Source: an uncultured Solirubrobacterales bacterium
GTDB taxonomy: Bacteria > Actinomycetota > Thermoleophilia > Solirubrobacterales > 70-9
DNA: 64,000 nt
Assembly (NCBI GenBank): GCA_963775475.1
Contig: CAVZIP010000002.1
Span: 25,609 to 89,608 of the forward strand
Direction: 5' to 3'
Part shown: positions 1 to 10,231 of the stretch, piece after piece
How positions within the stretch are numbered: the stretch's first letter is position 1
Layout: each line of letters opens with the position of its first letter
Program-made: the position numbers and the translations under genes
Notes under the pieces: generated by a model
The model's database searches: none
Told to the model about the DNA's origin: nothing
The model's input: the letters and a program-made list of their open reading frames with translations, nothing else

Positions 1-347
1 TCGGCATTGACCTGCTCGAGATCGACCGCGTCGAGCGCGCCCTGGCTCGCTACCCCCGGCTCGCCGAGCGCGTCTTCACCGCAGCGGAGCGCGAGTACGC
101 GGCGGCGCGAGCACGGCCGGGGCGGCATCTCGCGGCCCGCTTCGCCGCCAAGGAGGCGGTGGTCAAGGCGCTTGGCCTGCGGGGTGGTTTTGGTCTGCAT
201 GAGATCGAGGTGGTCGCCGGGGAGCCACCGACCGTACGGCTCTCGGGGCGTGCTGCGGAGGCCGCGGCGGGCCGGCGGGTCGACGTCTCGCTGACCCACT
301 CGCGAGGGGACGCCGCTGCCATCGCGGTAGTTCACGATATTTATTAA
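1..347 (+). CDS. acpS: holo-[acyl-carrier-protein] synthase, 5'-truncated by window edge
   Basis: Frame 3 reads GIDLLEIDRVERALARYPRLAERVFTAAEREY...RFAAKEAVVKALG...SLTHSRGDAAAIAVV, the AcpS 4'-phosphopantetheinyl transferase pattern. Stop at 345-347. Confidence 0.8.
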   Translation, partial: GIDLLEIDRVERALARYPRLAERVFTAAEREYAAARARPGRHLAARFAAKEAVVKALGLRGGFGLHEIEVVAGEPPTVRLSGRAAEAAAGRRVDVSLTHSRGDAAAIAVVHDIY

Positions 348-431
348 GTATCAAACGATCATTAGCCAGATTTGCAGGCATTTTGCGAGTGTTGCCTTGT
401 TCGACGGGGTGAGCCGTACGATGCGGCTCTT

Positions 432-1217
432 ATGAGTCCGCCGAGCCGCGATCTTTTTAAGCCCCCTCCGGAGAAGACCTACTCAAAGGAAGCGGTCAAC
501 AAGGCAGGGGAGGTTCTGCGGCGCTTCTTCCATGAATCGCGAGCGTCCGGTCAGGATGTCTGGGATGGCTGGGATTCAGACATGGTCATAGAGGCGATGT
601 TCGCTGTGACGTGGTGGAAACAGTTGCATGCCGTGCCGTTGAGCAAAGTAGCTTCCAATCTGCGCTACCACGTAATGAAAGAGCAGGGCGAGATCGAAGG
701 GAAGCTCGATGTCGCGCAGCGACTCAAGAAACGCGACACGATTATTGACAAGCTCGATCGTTATCCGAGCATGAAGCTGACGCGAATGCACGATATCGGT
801 GGGGTTAGGGCACGACTTCCCTCGCTTGACTGCTTGCAGGCTGTGAGCCGTCGGTTACGGAAGACCTGGACGATCGTCAACACGCGTGACTACGTGGCGG
901 AACCAAAAGACTCCGGCTACCGCGCGATTCATCACGAAGTTCGCCGCGACGGGCGCGTTATCGAGGTCCAGCTCCGGACGATCCGTCAGCACGCCTGGGC
1001 TAACCAGGTTGAGGATGACGGACGCGCACTTGGAACTGGCTACAAGTTTGGTTTTGGTAGCAACGACATCCACGCCTTCTACCGTGTGATGAGCGAGGTC
1101 TTCTGGACACTCGATACCCACCGACCACTTTCCGAGGAGCTGCGTGCTGAGCTGAATGCTCGGTATGACAAGATTCGAGACGAGTTGAGGCCTCAATCGC
1201 CGCGGAGGGCGAAATGA
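432..1217 (+). CDS. RelA/SpoT-domain protein (stand-alone small alarmone synthetase-like, toxSAS candidate)
   Basis: ORF 372..1217, with the likeliest ATG at 432. The RelA_SpoT nucleotidyltransferase core is visible: MHDIGGVRARL, GYRAIHHEV, EVQLRTIRQHAWANQVE. No HD hydrolase, TGS or ACT region. The segment is visibly lower in GC than its flanks. Confidence 0.8.
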   Translation: MSPPSRDLFKPPPEKTYSKEAVNKAGEVLRRFFHESRASGQDVWDGWDSDMVIEAMFAVTWWKQLHAVPLSKVASNLRYHVMKEQGEIEGKLDVAQRLKKRDTIIDKLDRYPSMKLTRMHDIGGVRARLPSLDCLQAVSRRLRKTWTIVNTRDYVAEPKDSGYRAIHHEVRRDGRVIEVQLRTIRQHAWANQVEDDGRALGTGYKFGFGSNDIHAFYRVMSEVFWTLDTHRPLSEELRAELNARYDKIRDELRPQSPRRAK

Positions 1218-1477
1218 CCGATGTTGAGATCCGACACTTTCTCGTTGTCTACAACCTTGCAGAGGGTGAAGCCAAGGTCGAGTCTTTCGAGACCGATTAC
1301 GAGGGCGCCCTGGCTGCTTACGCCAGGGCCGAGGAAGACTTCGCAAATCGAGACACCTACGACATCGTTCTGCTCGGGGCCGACTCAATCGAGACGATCA
1401 AGCGCACGCATTCCAGCTACTTCCACACCGAGGAGACCTTCGAGAGCTTGCTCCCGCCCGGTGTCTTGATCAGCTAA
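1214..1477 (+). CDS. hypothetical 87-aa acidic protein, candidate cognate antitoxin/partner of the RelA/SpoT-domain protein
   Basis: Its ATG overlaps the upstream stop (ATGA at 1214-1217), so the two are translationally coupled. No recognisable domain. The partner role is inferred from position and size. Confidence 0.6.
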   Translation: MTDVEIRHFLVVYNLAEGEAKVESFETDYEGALAAYARAEEDFANRDTYDIVLLGADSIETIKRTHSSYFHTEETFESLLPPGVLIS

Positions 1478-1569
1478 GCGCTGGCGTGGTCAGGGCTGGC
1501 CATTTTCACACTGGGATAATCCAAGAGATGGTCGCTGCTGCTCAGCGAGGAGGACACTAGGCTGAGCGG

Positions 1570-3039
1570 ATGGATTCGTGGCTTGAGCCGCTCTACGATG
1601 CTGAGGGGATTCGGGCGGTCGACGCCTGGGCAATCGAACAGCAGGGGATTCCCGCCGAGCAGCTGATGGAGGCTGCCGGGACGGCATTGGCGGAGGCGGT
1701 ATCGGCGCTGGCTCCGCAGGGACCGGTGCGCCTTGTCTGCGGGAAAGGGAACAACGGAGGCGATGGCCACGTTGCCGCTCGGCACCTGAAGGAGACGGGG
1801 TTCGAGGTCGAGGTCGTCGACCTCTGGGGGGACGAGGCGCCGGACGATCTCGACGTCTGGCTGGCCGGCTCCGGCGCCGTCGTCGACGCGATCTTCGGGA
1901 CCGGGTTCTCGGGGGCGCCGCGGGAGCCGGCGCTGGCGGCGATCGAGGCGATCAACCGCTGTGGGGCGCCGGTGGTCGCCTGCGACGTCGCCTCCGGGGT
2001 CGACGCCTCCAGTGGCGAGGTCGAGGGCATGGCGGTCGAGGCCGATCTGACGGTGAGCTTCCACGCGGCAAAGCTGGGGCAGCGGATCGCGCCGGGCAGG
2101 TGGCACACGGGCGAGCTGCGGGTCGTGCCGATCGGGATCCCGGAGGGCGCACCGAGCCCGCCCTTGGGGGGGATCATCGACCCGTCGATCCTCTCCCTCG
2201 CTCCGCGCCGCGGCCCGCGATCGACCAAGTTCAGCTCCGGCCAGGTGGCGATCGCCGGCGGCTCGCGCGGGCTGACCGGGGCGGTGCGGATGTCCTCGAC
2301 CGCGGCGATCCGGGCCGGTGCCGGCTACGCCACGGTGGTCGTTCCCGCCGACCTCGAGCCGGTCTTCGAAGCCGGTGAGCCGGAGGTGATGTCGGTCGGC
2401 TGTCCCGGCGGCGACGGCTGCCTGGCGCCGGCCTCGGCAAAGCCGCTTCTGCGCACCTTCGAGCGCGCCGCGGCGGGGGTGCTCGGGCCCGGCATGGGCC
2501 GCGATCCGGGCTCGGTCGAACTGGCGCGGGAGGTGGTGGGGGCGATCGCGGCGCCGCTGGTCATCGACGCCGACGGCCTCAACGCCTTCGCCGGGCAACT
2601 CGGTCCGGTCGCGGCCCGCGAAGCCGCGACCGTGCTGACCCCGCATGCCGGCGAGCTGGGCCGGCTGCTCGGCCGCGACTCCGAGCAGGTCGCCTCTCAC
2701 CGGCTCGCGTCGGCCCGCGAAGCCGCTCGCGAGGCGGGAGCGGTGGTCGTGCTGAAGGGCGACGACACGATCGTCTGCGACGGCGAGCGGGTCGCCGTCA
2801 ACGCGATCTCCGCCCCGGCTCTGGCGACGGCGGGCAGCGGCGACGTCCTCTCGGGCATGGTCGCCGCGCTCCTCGCTCGCGGCTTGGAGCCGTTCGCGGC
2901 CGCCTGCGCCGCGGTCGTCGCCCACGCCCGCGCCGGCCGCGATGCCGCGGTTCGCATCGGTGCCGCCGAGTCGGTGATCGCAACCGACGTGATCGACTCG
3001 ATCGCGGTGGGCCTGCGCCCCGACGAGCCGGTCGAATAA
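1570..3039 (+). CDS. nnr: bifunctional NAD(P)H-hydrate repair enzyme (epimerase / ADP-dependent dehydratase)
   Basis: 489 aa. N-terminal YjeF_N motif GKGNNGGDG and a C-terminal carbohydrate-kinase-like half (LKGDDT...ATAGSGDVLSG). Confidence 0.9.
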   Translation: MDSWLEPLYDAEGIRAVDAWAIEQQGIPAEQLMEAAGTALAEAVSALAPQGPVRLVCGKGNNGGDGHVAARHLKETGFEVEVVDLWGDEAPDDLDVWLAGSGAVVDAIFGTGFSGAPREPALAAIEAINRCGAPVVACDVASGVDASSGEVEGMAVEADLTVSFHAAKLGQRIAPGRWHTGELRVVPIGIPEGAPSPPLGGIIDPSILSLAPRRGPRSTKFSSGQVAIAGGSRGLTGAVRMSSTAAIRAGAGYATVVVPADLEPVFEAGEPEVMSVGCPGGDGCLAPASAKPLLRTFERAAAGVLGPGMGRDPGSVELAREVVGAIAAPLVIDADGLNAFAGQLGPVAAREAATVLTPHAGELGRLLGRDSEQVASHRLASAREAAREAGAVVVLKGDDTIVCDGERVAVNAISAPALATAGSGDVLSGMVAALLARGLEPFAAACAAVVAHARAGRDAAVRIGAAESVIATDVIDSIAVGLRPDEPVE

Positions 3040-3049
3040 CCTCGCCGCC

Positions 3050-3514
3050 GTGAACACCGCCGCCGACATCATGAACGCCGACGTGCCGAGCGTCTCGCCC
3101 GACGACGATGCCCGCAAGGCGATCGACCTGCTCGCGCAGACGGACATGGGCGCGATCCCCGTCGTCGACGAAGACCGGCGCGTGATCGGCATCGTCAGCG
3201 AGTCGGACCTGGTGCTCAGCGACGAGGAGTCCGACCTGCACCTGCCGCATTACCTCAACATCATGGGCGGGATCGTCTTCGTCGGCTCGATGAAGGGCTT
3301 CGAGGAGCGCCTCGACAAGGCATTCGCCACCAAGGTCTCGGAGCTGATGACGCCCGACCCGGTCGTGGCACGCGACTACGAAGCGGCCGATCGCGTCGCC
3401 AAGAAGATCGCCGATTCCCACCACAATCACCTTCCTGTGGTCGACGCCGACGGGCGCCTGGCGGGCATGGTCACGAGGGCCGACGCCCTCGCCGCGCTGG
3501 TCGACGACGAGTAA
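3050..3514 (+). CDS. CBS domain-containing protein
   Basis: 154 aa with two CBS-like repeats (IMNADVPSVSPDD...IPVVDEDRRVIGIVSESDL and LMTPDPVVA...HLPVVDADGRLAGMVTRADAL). Confidence 0.85.
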   Translation: MNTAADIMNADVPSVSPDDDARKAIDLLAQTDMGAIPVVDEDRRVIGIVSESDLVLSDEESDLHLPHYLNIMGGIVFVGSMKGFEERLDKAFATKVSELMTPDPVVARDYEAADRVAKKIADSHHNHLPVVDADGRLAGMVTRADALAALVDDE

Positions 3515-3518
3515 GCCG

Positions 3519-4627
3519 ATGGAGCGGGCGCTCGCCCGGATCGATCTCGACGCGGTTCGCGGCAACTGCGCTCGCCTGCAGGCGGAGCTGCGCGGAGGCG
3601 CCGAGCTCTGCGCCGTGGTCAAGGCCGACGGCTACGGTCACGGCGCCGACGGCTGCGCCGCCGCGGCGCTGGCCGGGGGGCGACGCGGCTGGCCGTCGCG
3701 ACCGCGACCGAGGCCGAACAGATCGGCCGGCGTTTCCAGCACGTCCCCCTGCTGACGATGGGGGCGCTGACGGCGGCGGAGGTCGACGTCGTCCTCTCGG
3801 CCGGCTCGGAGGTGGCGGTCTGGCGCGAGGGCTTCCGGGCGCTGCTCGCCGACCGCGCTCGCGCCCAGGGGCGGCCGGCGCGCGTTCACGTCAAGCACGA
3901 CAGCGGCATGGGTCGGCTCGGCAACCCCGACGCCGACGAGGTCCTGGCGCTGGCGCGGGCCTGCGACGGGGACCCCTATCTGGAGCTGGCGGGCGTCTGG
4001 ACCCACTTCGCCACCGCCGACGAACCCGACTCCCCCTTCTTCGACGAGCAGCTCGGTCGCTTCGAGGCCCTCGCCGAGGCGGTGAAGGCGGAGTTCCCGG
4101 GGACGATCGCCCACGCCGCCAACAGCGCCGCGGTCTTCCGCGACCCGCGTTCCCACTTCGACATGGCCCGCTGCGGCGTCGCCGTCTACGGGCTCGACCC
4201 CTTCCAGGGGAACCCGGCCGAGCGTGGCCTGGTCCCCGCGCTCTCGCTGCGCTCTTACGTCGCCGACGTGAAGCGCTTCGCGCCCGGGGCCAGCGCCGGC
4301 TACGGCCAGCGCTGGCGGGCGCCGGAGGAGACCTGGGTCGGCGTCGTTCCGCTCGGCTACGGCGACGGCGTTCGCCGCGGCCTCGGCAACAACGCCGAGG
4401 TGCTCGTCGGCGGCCGCCGACGGCCGTTGGTCGGAACGGTCTCGATGGACAACGTCACGATCGACCTTGGACCCGAGACCGAGATCGAGCCGGGCGAGGA
4501 GGCGGTCCTGATCGGCACCCAGGGCGAGGAGGCGATCCTCGCCGAGGAAGTCGCTGCCCGCCTCGGCACGATCAACTACGAGGTCACCTGCGGGATCTCC
4601 GCCCGGGTGCCCCGGCGGGAGGCATGA
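3519..4627 (+). pseudogene. alr: alanine racemase, reading frame broken by a 1-nt deficit in a G6 run (possible sequencing artefact)
   Basis: The N-terminal piece (3519 frame) carries the PLP-lysine motif AVVKADGYGHG. After ...AAAALAGG at the G6 run 3675-3680, homology continues in the 3758 frame as ATRLAVATATEAEQIGRRFQHVPLLTMGALT... through to ...GTINYEVTCGISARVPR. Length 1109 nt, not a multiple of 3. Confidence 0.85.
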
Positions 4628-4670
4628 GCGCGATCGGCGACTTTGTTGCCGTAGGGGCAATGAAGTTGCC

Positions 4671-6131
4671 ATGCGCAGGCGGTTCACCGGAATGAGCCTG
4701 GTCGAGCGCCTCCAAGGCTCCCCCCTCGTCGCCGCGGTGCGCCGAGCCCTCGCTGACGATCGTGAAGCTTGGATCGTCGGCGGCGCCGTCCGCGACGCGG
4801 CGCTGGGGCGGGAGGTCGCCGACCTCGACCTCGCCGTCGCCGGCGATCCCGGCGCGGCGGCGCGGGCGATCGCGGCGGAGCTGGGGGAGCACGCCTTCGA
4901 GCTCTCGGCCGAGTTCGGGACCTGGCGGGTCGTCTCGCCGAGCCGGGGCTGGCAGGTCGACGCGACGGTGCTGCGCGGCGACGGGATCGACGCCGACCTG
5001 GCCGCGCGCGACTTCACGATCGGCGCCGTTGCCGTGCCGCTCGGCGGCGGCGGGCCGATCGACCCCCGTGGCGGCCTCGCCGACCTCGAGCGCCGCGTCC
5101 TGCGGGCTGTCGGCGAGCGCAGCTTCGCCACCGACCCGCTGCGCCTGCTGCGGGCCACCCGCCTCGCGGCCGAGCTCGGCCTGGAGATCGATCCCGGCAC
5201 GGTCGCCCTGGCCCGCGCCGCCGCCTCCCGCGCCGCCGAGCCCGCCGGCGAGCGCCAGCTGACCGAGCTGCAGCAGCTGCTCGGCGGGCCGGACCCGTTG
5301 CGCGGCCTCGCCCTGCTCGACGAGCTGGAGCTGACCGCGGTCGTGCTGCCGGAGCTGGAGAGCCTGCGCGGGGTCGAGCAGGGCCCCAACCACCACCTCG
5401 ACGTCCACGGTCACACGCTGGCGGTGCTGGAGCACACGCTGGAGGTCGAGGGGAACCTCGAGCGTTTCGCCGCCGAGCGGTCCGCCGAGGTCGCCGAGCT
5501 GCTGGCGGATCCGCTCGCCGACGAGGTCAGCCGCGGCACGGCGCTGCGCTTCGGCGCCCTCTTCCACGACATCGGCAAGCCAGCCACCCGCGCCGAATAC
5601 GACGGCTTCATCGGCTTCCGCGGCCACGACAGCGTCGGCGCCGAGATCGTCGGCGAGATCTGCCGCCGCCTCCGCGCCAGCCGCCGCCTCACCCAGCACC
5701 TGCAGGGCCTGACGCTGCATCACCTGCGGCTCGGATTCCTCATCCCCGAGGCGCCGCTGCCGCCGCGACGGGTCCACGAGTACCTGCGCGCGACCGAACC
5801 GGTGGCCGTCGACGTCACCCTGCTCACCGTCGCCGACCGGCTCTCCGCCCGCGGCGCCGGGCCGCTGGCCAGCCCGGAGATGGTCGAGGCGCACCTCACC
5901 CTCGCCCGGCAGATGGTCGCCGCCGCGCTCGACTGGCGCCGCGACGGCCCACCGCAGCCGCTTCTGCGGGGTGACGAGCTCGCCCGGGAGCTTGGGATCG
6001 AGCAGGGACCGCGACTGGGAGAGGTGCTGGCCGAGCTGGAGGCGGCCCAGTACGCGGGCGAGGTCGGGGACCGGGCCGCGGCGGTCGAGCACGCCCGCAA
6101 CTGGACGAGCTGGACCGCCGAGGACCTCTGA
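4671..6131 (+). CDS. cca: CCA-adding enzyme / tRNA nucleotidyltransferase with HD domain
   Basis: 486 aa. Poly(A) polymerase head motif GGAVRD...DLDLAV, and an HD-domain region with HDIGKP. Alternative ATG at 4692. Confidence 0.85.
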   Translation: MRRRFTGMSLVERLQGSPLVAAVRRALADDREAWIVGGAVRDAALGREVADLDLAVAGDPGAAARAIAAELGEHAFELSAEFGTWRVVSPSRGWQVDATVLRGDGIDADLAARDFTIGAVAVPLGGGGPIDPRGGLADLERRVLRAVGERSFATDPLRLLRATRLAAELGLEIDPGTVALARAAASRAAEPAGERQLTELQQLLGGPDPLRGLALLDELELTAVVLPELESLRGVEQGPNHHLDVHGHTLAVLEHTLEVEGNLERFAAERSAEVAELLADPLADEVSRGTALRFGALFHDIGKPATRAEYDGFIGFRGHDSVGAEIVGEICRRLRASRRLTQHLQGLTLHHLRLGFLIPEAPLPPRRVHEYLRATEPVAVDVTLLTVADRLSARGAGPLASPEMVEAHLTLARQMVAAALDWRRDGPPQPLLRGDELARELGIEQGPRLGEVLAELEAAQYAGEVGDRAAAVEHARNWTSWTAEDL

Positions 6132-6171
6132 CGCGCGTCGGCAGCGTCGTGTCAGGTACGCTCCCCGCCGC

Positions 6172-6390
6172 ATGGCCAAAGAGGAAAAGATCGAAATGGA
6201 GGGGGAGATCACCGAGGCTCTCCCCAACACCATGTTCCGGGTCAAACTGGACAACGGCCACGACGTGCTCGGCCATATCTCAGGCAAGATGCGCCGCCAC
6301 TACATCCGCATCCTCCCGGGCGACCGGGTCAAGATCGAGCTCTCGCCGTACGACCTCGATCGCGGCCGAATTACCTACCGCTACAAATAG
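6172..6390 (+). CDS. infA: translation initiation factor IF-1
   Basis: [72 protein letters not shown] is an unmistakable IF-1 S1-fold sequence. Confidence 0.95.
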   Translation: MAKEEKIEMEGEITEALPNTMFRVKLDNGHDVLGHISGKMRRHYIRILPGDRVKIELSPYDLDRGRITYRYK

Positions 6391-7613
6391 CTCGTCCTCG
6401 CGGATTCATCCGGATTCGCCATCTCCGCGATCAAGGCGGACCAGGCGAAGTCCTTCGCGCCCAGGCCCTTGCCCGTGCGCGGGTCGTAGTACTCGCGCAG
6501 GCCTTCGCGCTCGACCGTGGCAATGAGGCCGTCGGCGAGAAGCTGGGCCTCGTCCACGTAGCCGAGCCGGCGCATCCCCAGCCAGACCATCCAGGCGGAG
6601 TTGACCCAGGTCGGGCCGCGCCAGTAGCGGCGAATCGGGCCGCCGCCGCCATCGGGCTCGTAGCTGGGCTCGTCGGCCGCGACCGAGGGCGGCGCCACCG
6701 CGGTCAGGAACTCGCGCTCGTTCAGCAGGTGCTCCTCGACGAGGCGGCGGCCGATTTCCTCCGGCAGGTCCGGCAGCGCCAGCGGCGCCAGCGAGGCCCA
6801 GGTAAGGGGTCCGGGCCTGATCGCACCCGGCTGCGCCTCGTCGACGAAGAGACCGCGGCGCTCGTCCCAGAGCCGCTCGACCAGGGCCGGGGTCGCCGAG
6901 GGCCGGCCCAGCGCCTGCAACGAGAGCGACCACATCGTGTTGACCAGGGTCTCGCAGAGGAGCGGGTGGCCGCGTTCGCGCAGTCGCCGCGCGTCGAACC
7001 CGAGCCTGCGGTTGCGCCGCACCAGCAGCGGGAAGCCGATCCGCCCGTTCGAGCGCCAGCCCCAGACCGGTTCGAACTTCGGCGAGGCGTCCAGCCCCGA
7101 CTCGTCGGGCTGCAGGATCCAGAGCAGGCCGTCGCCCTCGAGGTCGCGGTTGGCGGCGAGCCACTCGATCTGGGCGCCGATCCGCGGCTCCGCGGCCGGG
7201 TCGCCGACGGCGATCCGCCAGGCCCAGGCCAGCAGCGGCGGCTGGATCGTCTCGGTCTGGAGGGAGCCGCGCGAGGCGACGTTGTAGAAGGCGAGGCGAG
7301 GCAGCGAGACGGGGCGGTCCCAGAAGATCGTGTGGCCGATAAAGCCGTCCGAGCGCTGCGCGGCGAGCAGGCTCTCCAGCTCGGTTCGCGCCCGCGCCAG
7401 ATCGAAACGCCGCCAGACGATCGCCGCGAAGCACGAGTCCCAGTACCACTGCCACGGATACCGCCCCGGGCTCGGCCGCGTATACGCATAGCGAGTCCCG
7501 CCCCGCTCCCCCTCAACCCAGCCTCCCCGCAACACGAGCTCGGCCAGCTCAGTGGCCGACGGGCCTGAAACACCCCTATATGGAGGAAAATCGGCCCGTC
7601 GGCGGGGGGTCAC
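6381..7613 (-). CDS. glycoside hydrolase, (alpha/alpha)6-barrel GH63/trehalase-like (glucosyl-/mannosylglycerate hydrolase-like)
   Basis: This is the C-terminal 410 codons of the 1740-aa chimeric ORF: ...[16 protein letters not shown]...[17 protein letters not shown]...[17 protein letters not shown]...[20 protein letters not shown]. The GTG at 7613 overlaps the upstream stop (GTGA). The start is uncertain. Confidence 0.7.
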   Translation of the reverse strand: MTPRRRADFPPYRGVSGPSATELAELVLRGGWVEGERGGTRYAYTRPSPGRYPWQWYWDSCFAAIVWRRFDLARARTELESLLAAQRSDGFIGHTIFWDRPVSLPRLAFYNVASRGSLQTETIQPPLLAWAWRIAVGDPAAEPRIGAQIEWLAANRDLEGDGLLWILQPDESGLDASPKFEPVWGWRSNGRIGFPLLVRRNRRLGFDARRLRERGHPLLCETLVNTMWSLSLQALGRPSATPALVERLWDERRGLFVDEAQPGAIRPGPLTWASLAPLALPDLPEEIGRRLVEEHLLNEREFLTAVAPPSVAADEPSYEPDGGGGPIRRYWRGPTWVNSAWMVWLGMRRLGYVDEAQLLADGLIATVEREGLREYYDPRTGKGLGAKDFAWSALIAEMANPDESARTSYL

Positions 7614-8417
7614 TTGCCGGTGCGGCGCATCTCGCGCAGGGCGAGGGCGCCGAGCAGGGCCAGCATCCCGGCCAGCGCCACCAGCCCGGGCCAGGTTTCG
7701 GCCCAGGTGACGCTGCCGACGAAGCCCTGCCGCGCCGCTTCGACCACCTCGGTGACCGGGTTGACGCGGGCGACGTCCTGGAGCCAGCCCTGCAGCAGCG
7801 CCAGCGGCGCGTAGGCGGTGGTGGTGAGGATCAGCGCCATCATCCCGGCCTGCATCAGCGGCGCCGCCGACTGGCTCTTGAAGCGCAGGGCGAGGAACGA
7901 CCCCCAGCAGGCGGCGACCGCGGCCATCGCCGCGACCATGAGGTAGGTGACGAGCAGCCCGTCGATGCCCGGCCAGCCGGCCCCGAGCGCCAGCGCGATC
8001 GCCAGCACGAAGGTCGCCGGGATCAGCGCCCGGGTGCTGGCCGAGAGCACGGTCCCGAGCAGCAGCACCCAGCGCGGGGCGGGGGAGACGAGCAGGCGGT
8101 CGAGCCAGCCCTGCTCGATGTCGCGGGCCATGTTGACGCCGGCTGCGGCGCCGGTGAAGCCGGCCCCCTGCAGCATGCTGATCGGGACGATGAAGCTCTC
8201 GTAGGTGCCGGTGGTCGAAGCCGTTGAGCTGGGTCAGGGCGCCGAAGACGCCGTTGAGGCCGAGGAAGAAGATCGTCGGCGCCAGCACGCCGGGGATCGC
8301 CGCCCCCGGGACCCGCACCAGCTCGTTGCGGGCTCGCGCCATCAGCGCGCCGATCGTCGCCAGGTTGGCGCGCCAGGCCGGGATCGTCGCGGCCGCGGTT
8401 GCCGTCGCCGCCTCCAT
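7610..8417 (-). pseudogene. ABC-2 type transporter permease, +1 frameshift near 8207-8217
   Basis: The N-terminus MEAATATAAATIPAWRANL...PTIFFLGLNGVFGALTQLNGFD lies in one frame. The continuation TGTYESFIVPISMLQGAGFTG...REMRRTGK lies in the 7610..8176 frame. Length 808 nt. The ATG at 8417 overlaps the upstream stop. Confidence 0.75.
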
Positions 8418-9256
8418 CAGCCGACCCGCAGCCGGTGTCGCAGCGCGCGGGCGCTGAGGATCAGCCCGAGGACGACGATGCCGAGGATCGCCAGCACCGC
8501 ATAGAGCGTGTCGGCGGCGTCGATCCCGGAGATGATCGGCTCGCGGACTCCTTCGACGACGAGGCTGAGCGGGTTGTATTCGGCGATCGTCTTCGCCGGC
8601 TCGATCATCAGTTCCACGGGGAAGAAGGCGGAGGAGAGGAAGAGGACGACGAGGACCAGCGGGAAGAGCCCCTGGACGACGCTGGCGCTGCCGGTGCGCA
8701 GGGCGATCGCGGCGCCGATCCCGCCGACCGCCATCGCCGCCGCGGTGACCAGCACGATCGCCACCAGCGCCCCGGCGACGCCGCTCTCGATCTCGGCCCC
8801 GAAGATCAGCCCGATCGCGAGGAACCAGAGCGCCGCGAACAGCCCCAGCGCCGCCGTCCCGGCGAGCCGTCCGAGGACGATCGCGAAGCGCGGGATCGGG
8901 GCCGAGAAGAGGCGGTCGGTGAAGCCCATCTCGATGTCGACCGCGAGGGCGATGCCGCCGCTGTTGCCGGCCAGCATCAGCGACTGCATCATCGCCCCGG
9001 CCAGCATGAACTGGAGGAAGCTCTGGACCGGCGGGAAGCCGGGCAGTTCGACCGCGCCGCCCGCGCCGCCGGTCTGGATCGCCAGCAGCAGCGTCGGGAA
9101 GACGATGATCGGCGCGATCAGCTGCGGGCGGCGGAAGGTCTGGCGGATCGAGCGCAGCCCCAGGGCTCGAACGACGCGAAGGTTCGTGGCAAATGCTGAG
9201 CCGAGCGAGCGAGCATCCATATCCGATTCCTTTGCGAGTGAGCGAGGCGAAGCCAT
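8417..9256 (-). CDS. ABC-2 type transporter permease
   Basis: 279 aa, polytopic and hydrophobic, with typical ABC-2 membrane-domain architecture. It lies 3 nt downstream of the ATPase gene. Alternative ATG at 9220. Confidence 0.8.
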   Translation of the reverse strand: MASPRSLAKESDMDARSLGSAFATNLRVVRALGLRSIRQTFRRPQLIAPIIVFPTLLLAIQTGGAGGAVELPGFPPVQSFLQFMLAGAMMQSLMLAGNSGGIALAVDIEMGFTDRLFSAPIPRFAIVLGRLAGTAALGLFAALWFLAIGLIFGAEIESGVAGALVAIVLVTAAAMAVGGIGAAIALRTGSASVVQGLFPLVLVVLFLSSAFFPVELMIEPAKTIAEYNPLSLVVEGVREPIISGIDAADTLYAVLAILGIVVLGLILSARALRHRLRVG

Positions 9257-9259
9257 TGC

Positions 9260-10228
9260 CTATGCCTCGACCGCCTCCTCGGCGCCCTCCTCGTCCTCCT
9301 CCTCGAGGTGGTAGCCGGTCTTGGCGACGAAGACGTCGTCGAGGGTCGGCCGCACCAGCTCCAGCGACTCGACCGCGATGCCGGCGTCGTCGAGCGCGCG
9401 CACCACCCGCGGGATCTCGGCGGCGCCGTTCTCGACCTCGACCAGCACGGTCCTGCCGTCCTTGGGCGGCAGCAGCTTGCCGATCGGCGCCAGGATCGAC
9501 TCCGCCTCCGCGACCGAGCCCTCCGCCAGCTGCAGCTGGATGTGGGGATCGCCGATTTCGGCTTTGAGCGACTCCGGCGTCCCTTCGGCGACGATCCTGC
9601 CGCTGTCGATGATCCCGACGTTGTCGGCGAGCTGGTCGGCCTCCTCCAGGTACTGGGTGGTGAGGAAGACGGTCGTGCCCTCGTCGTTCAGCGCCCGCAC
9701 CTCCTCCCAGATCGTCTTGCGGCTGACCGGGTCGAGGCCGGTGGTCGGCTCGTCGAGGAAGAGGACGCGCGGCTCGTGGACGAGCGCGGCGGCGAGGTCG
9801 AGCCGGCGCTGCATGCCGCCGGAGTAGGTGCCGACGCGGCGGTCGGCGGCGGCGACGAGGTCGACCCGTTCCAGCAGGCCGTCGGCGCGGCGCCTGCCCT
9901 CGGCGGTGGGGATGCCCTGCAGGGTCGCCTGCAGCCGGATCAGCTCGCGGCCGGTCATCAGCGGGTCGAGCGCCGCTTCCTGCAGGGCGACGCCGATCGT
10001 CGCGCGCACCGCCCGCGCCTCCGCGACCACGTCGTGGCCGGCGACGGTGGCGCTGCCGCCGGTCGGCAGCAGCAGCGTCGTCAGCATCCGCACCGTGGTC
10101 GTCTTGCCGGCCCCGTTGGGGCCGAGGAAGCCGTAGATCTCGCCCTCCTCGACGTCGAGGTCGATGCCCTGCACGGCCAGCACCTCCTCGAAGGCGCGCT
10201 CCAGCCCTTCGACGAGGATCGCCGGCAT
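9260..10228 (-). CDS. ABC transporter ATP-binding protein (DrrA/ABC-2 exporter type)
   Basis: Walker [10 protein letters not shown], signature YSGGMQRRL, Walker [13 protein letters not shown]. Confidence 0.9.
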   Translation of the reverse strand: MPAILVEGLERAFEEVLAVQGIDLDVEEGEIYGFLGPNGAGKTTTVRMLTTLLLPTGGSATVAGHDVVAEARAVRATIGVALQEAALDPLMTGRELIRLQATLQGIPTAEGRRRADGLLERVDLVAAADRRVGTYSGGMQRRLDLAAALVHEPRVLFLDEPTTGLDPVSRKTIWEEVRALNDEGTTVFLTTQYLEEADQLADNVGIIDSGRIVAEGTPESLKAEIGDPHIQLQLAEGSVAEAESILAPIGKLLPPKDGRTVLVEVENGAAEIPRVVRALDDAGIAVESLELVRPTLDDVFVAKTGYHLEEEDEEGAEEAVEA

Positions 10229-10231
10229 GGC

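Noticed and set aside
1474-6287. Long antisense ORFs (1474..3192, 3638..5389, 4584..6287, 4769..5974), with similar ones at 50789..53194, 56942..59125, 58980..60221 and 41333..44011.
   Set aside because: Their translations are low-complexity Arg/Gly/Pro/Ala-rich sequence. They lie antisense or off-frame to genes with clear homology and proper GC3 bias, so they are shadow ORFs.
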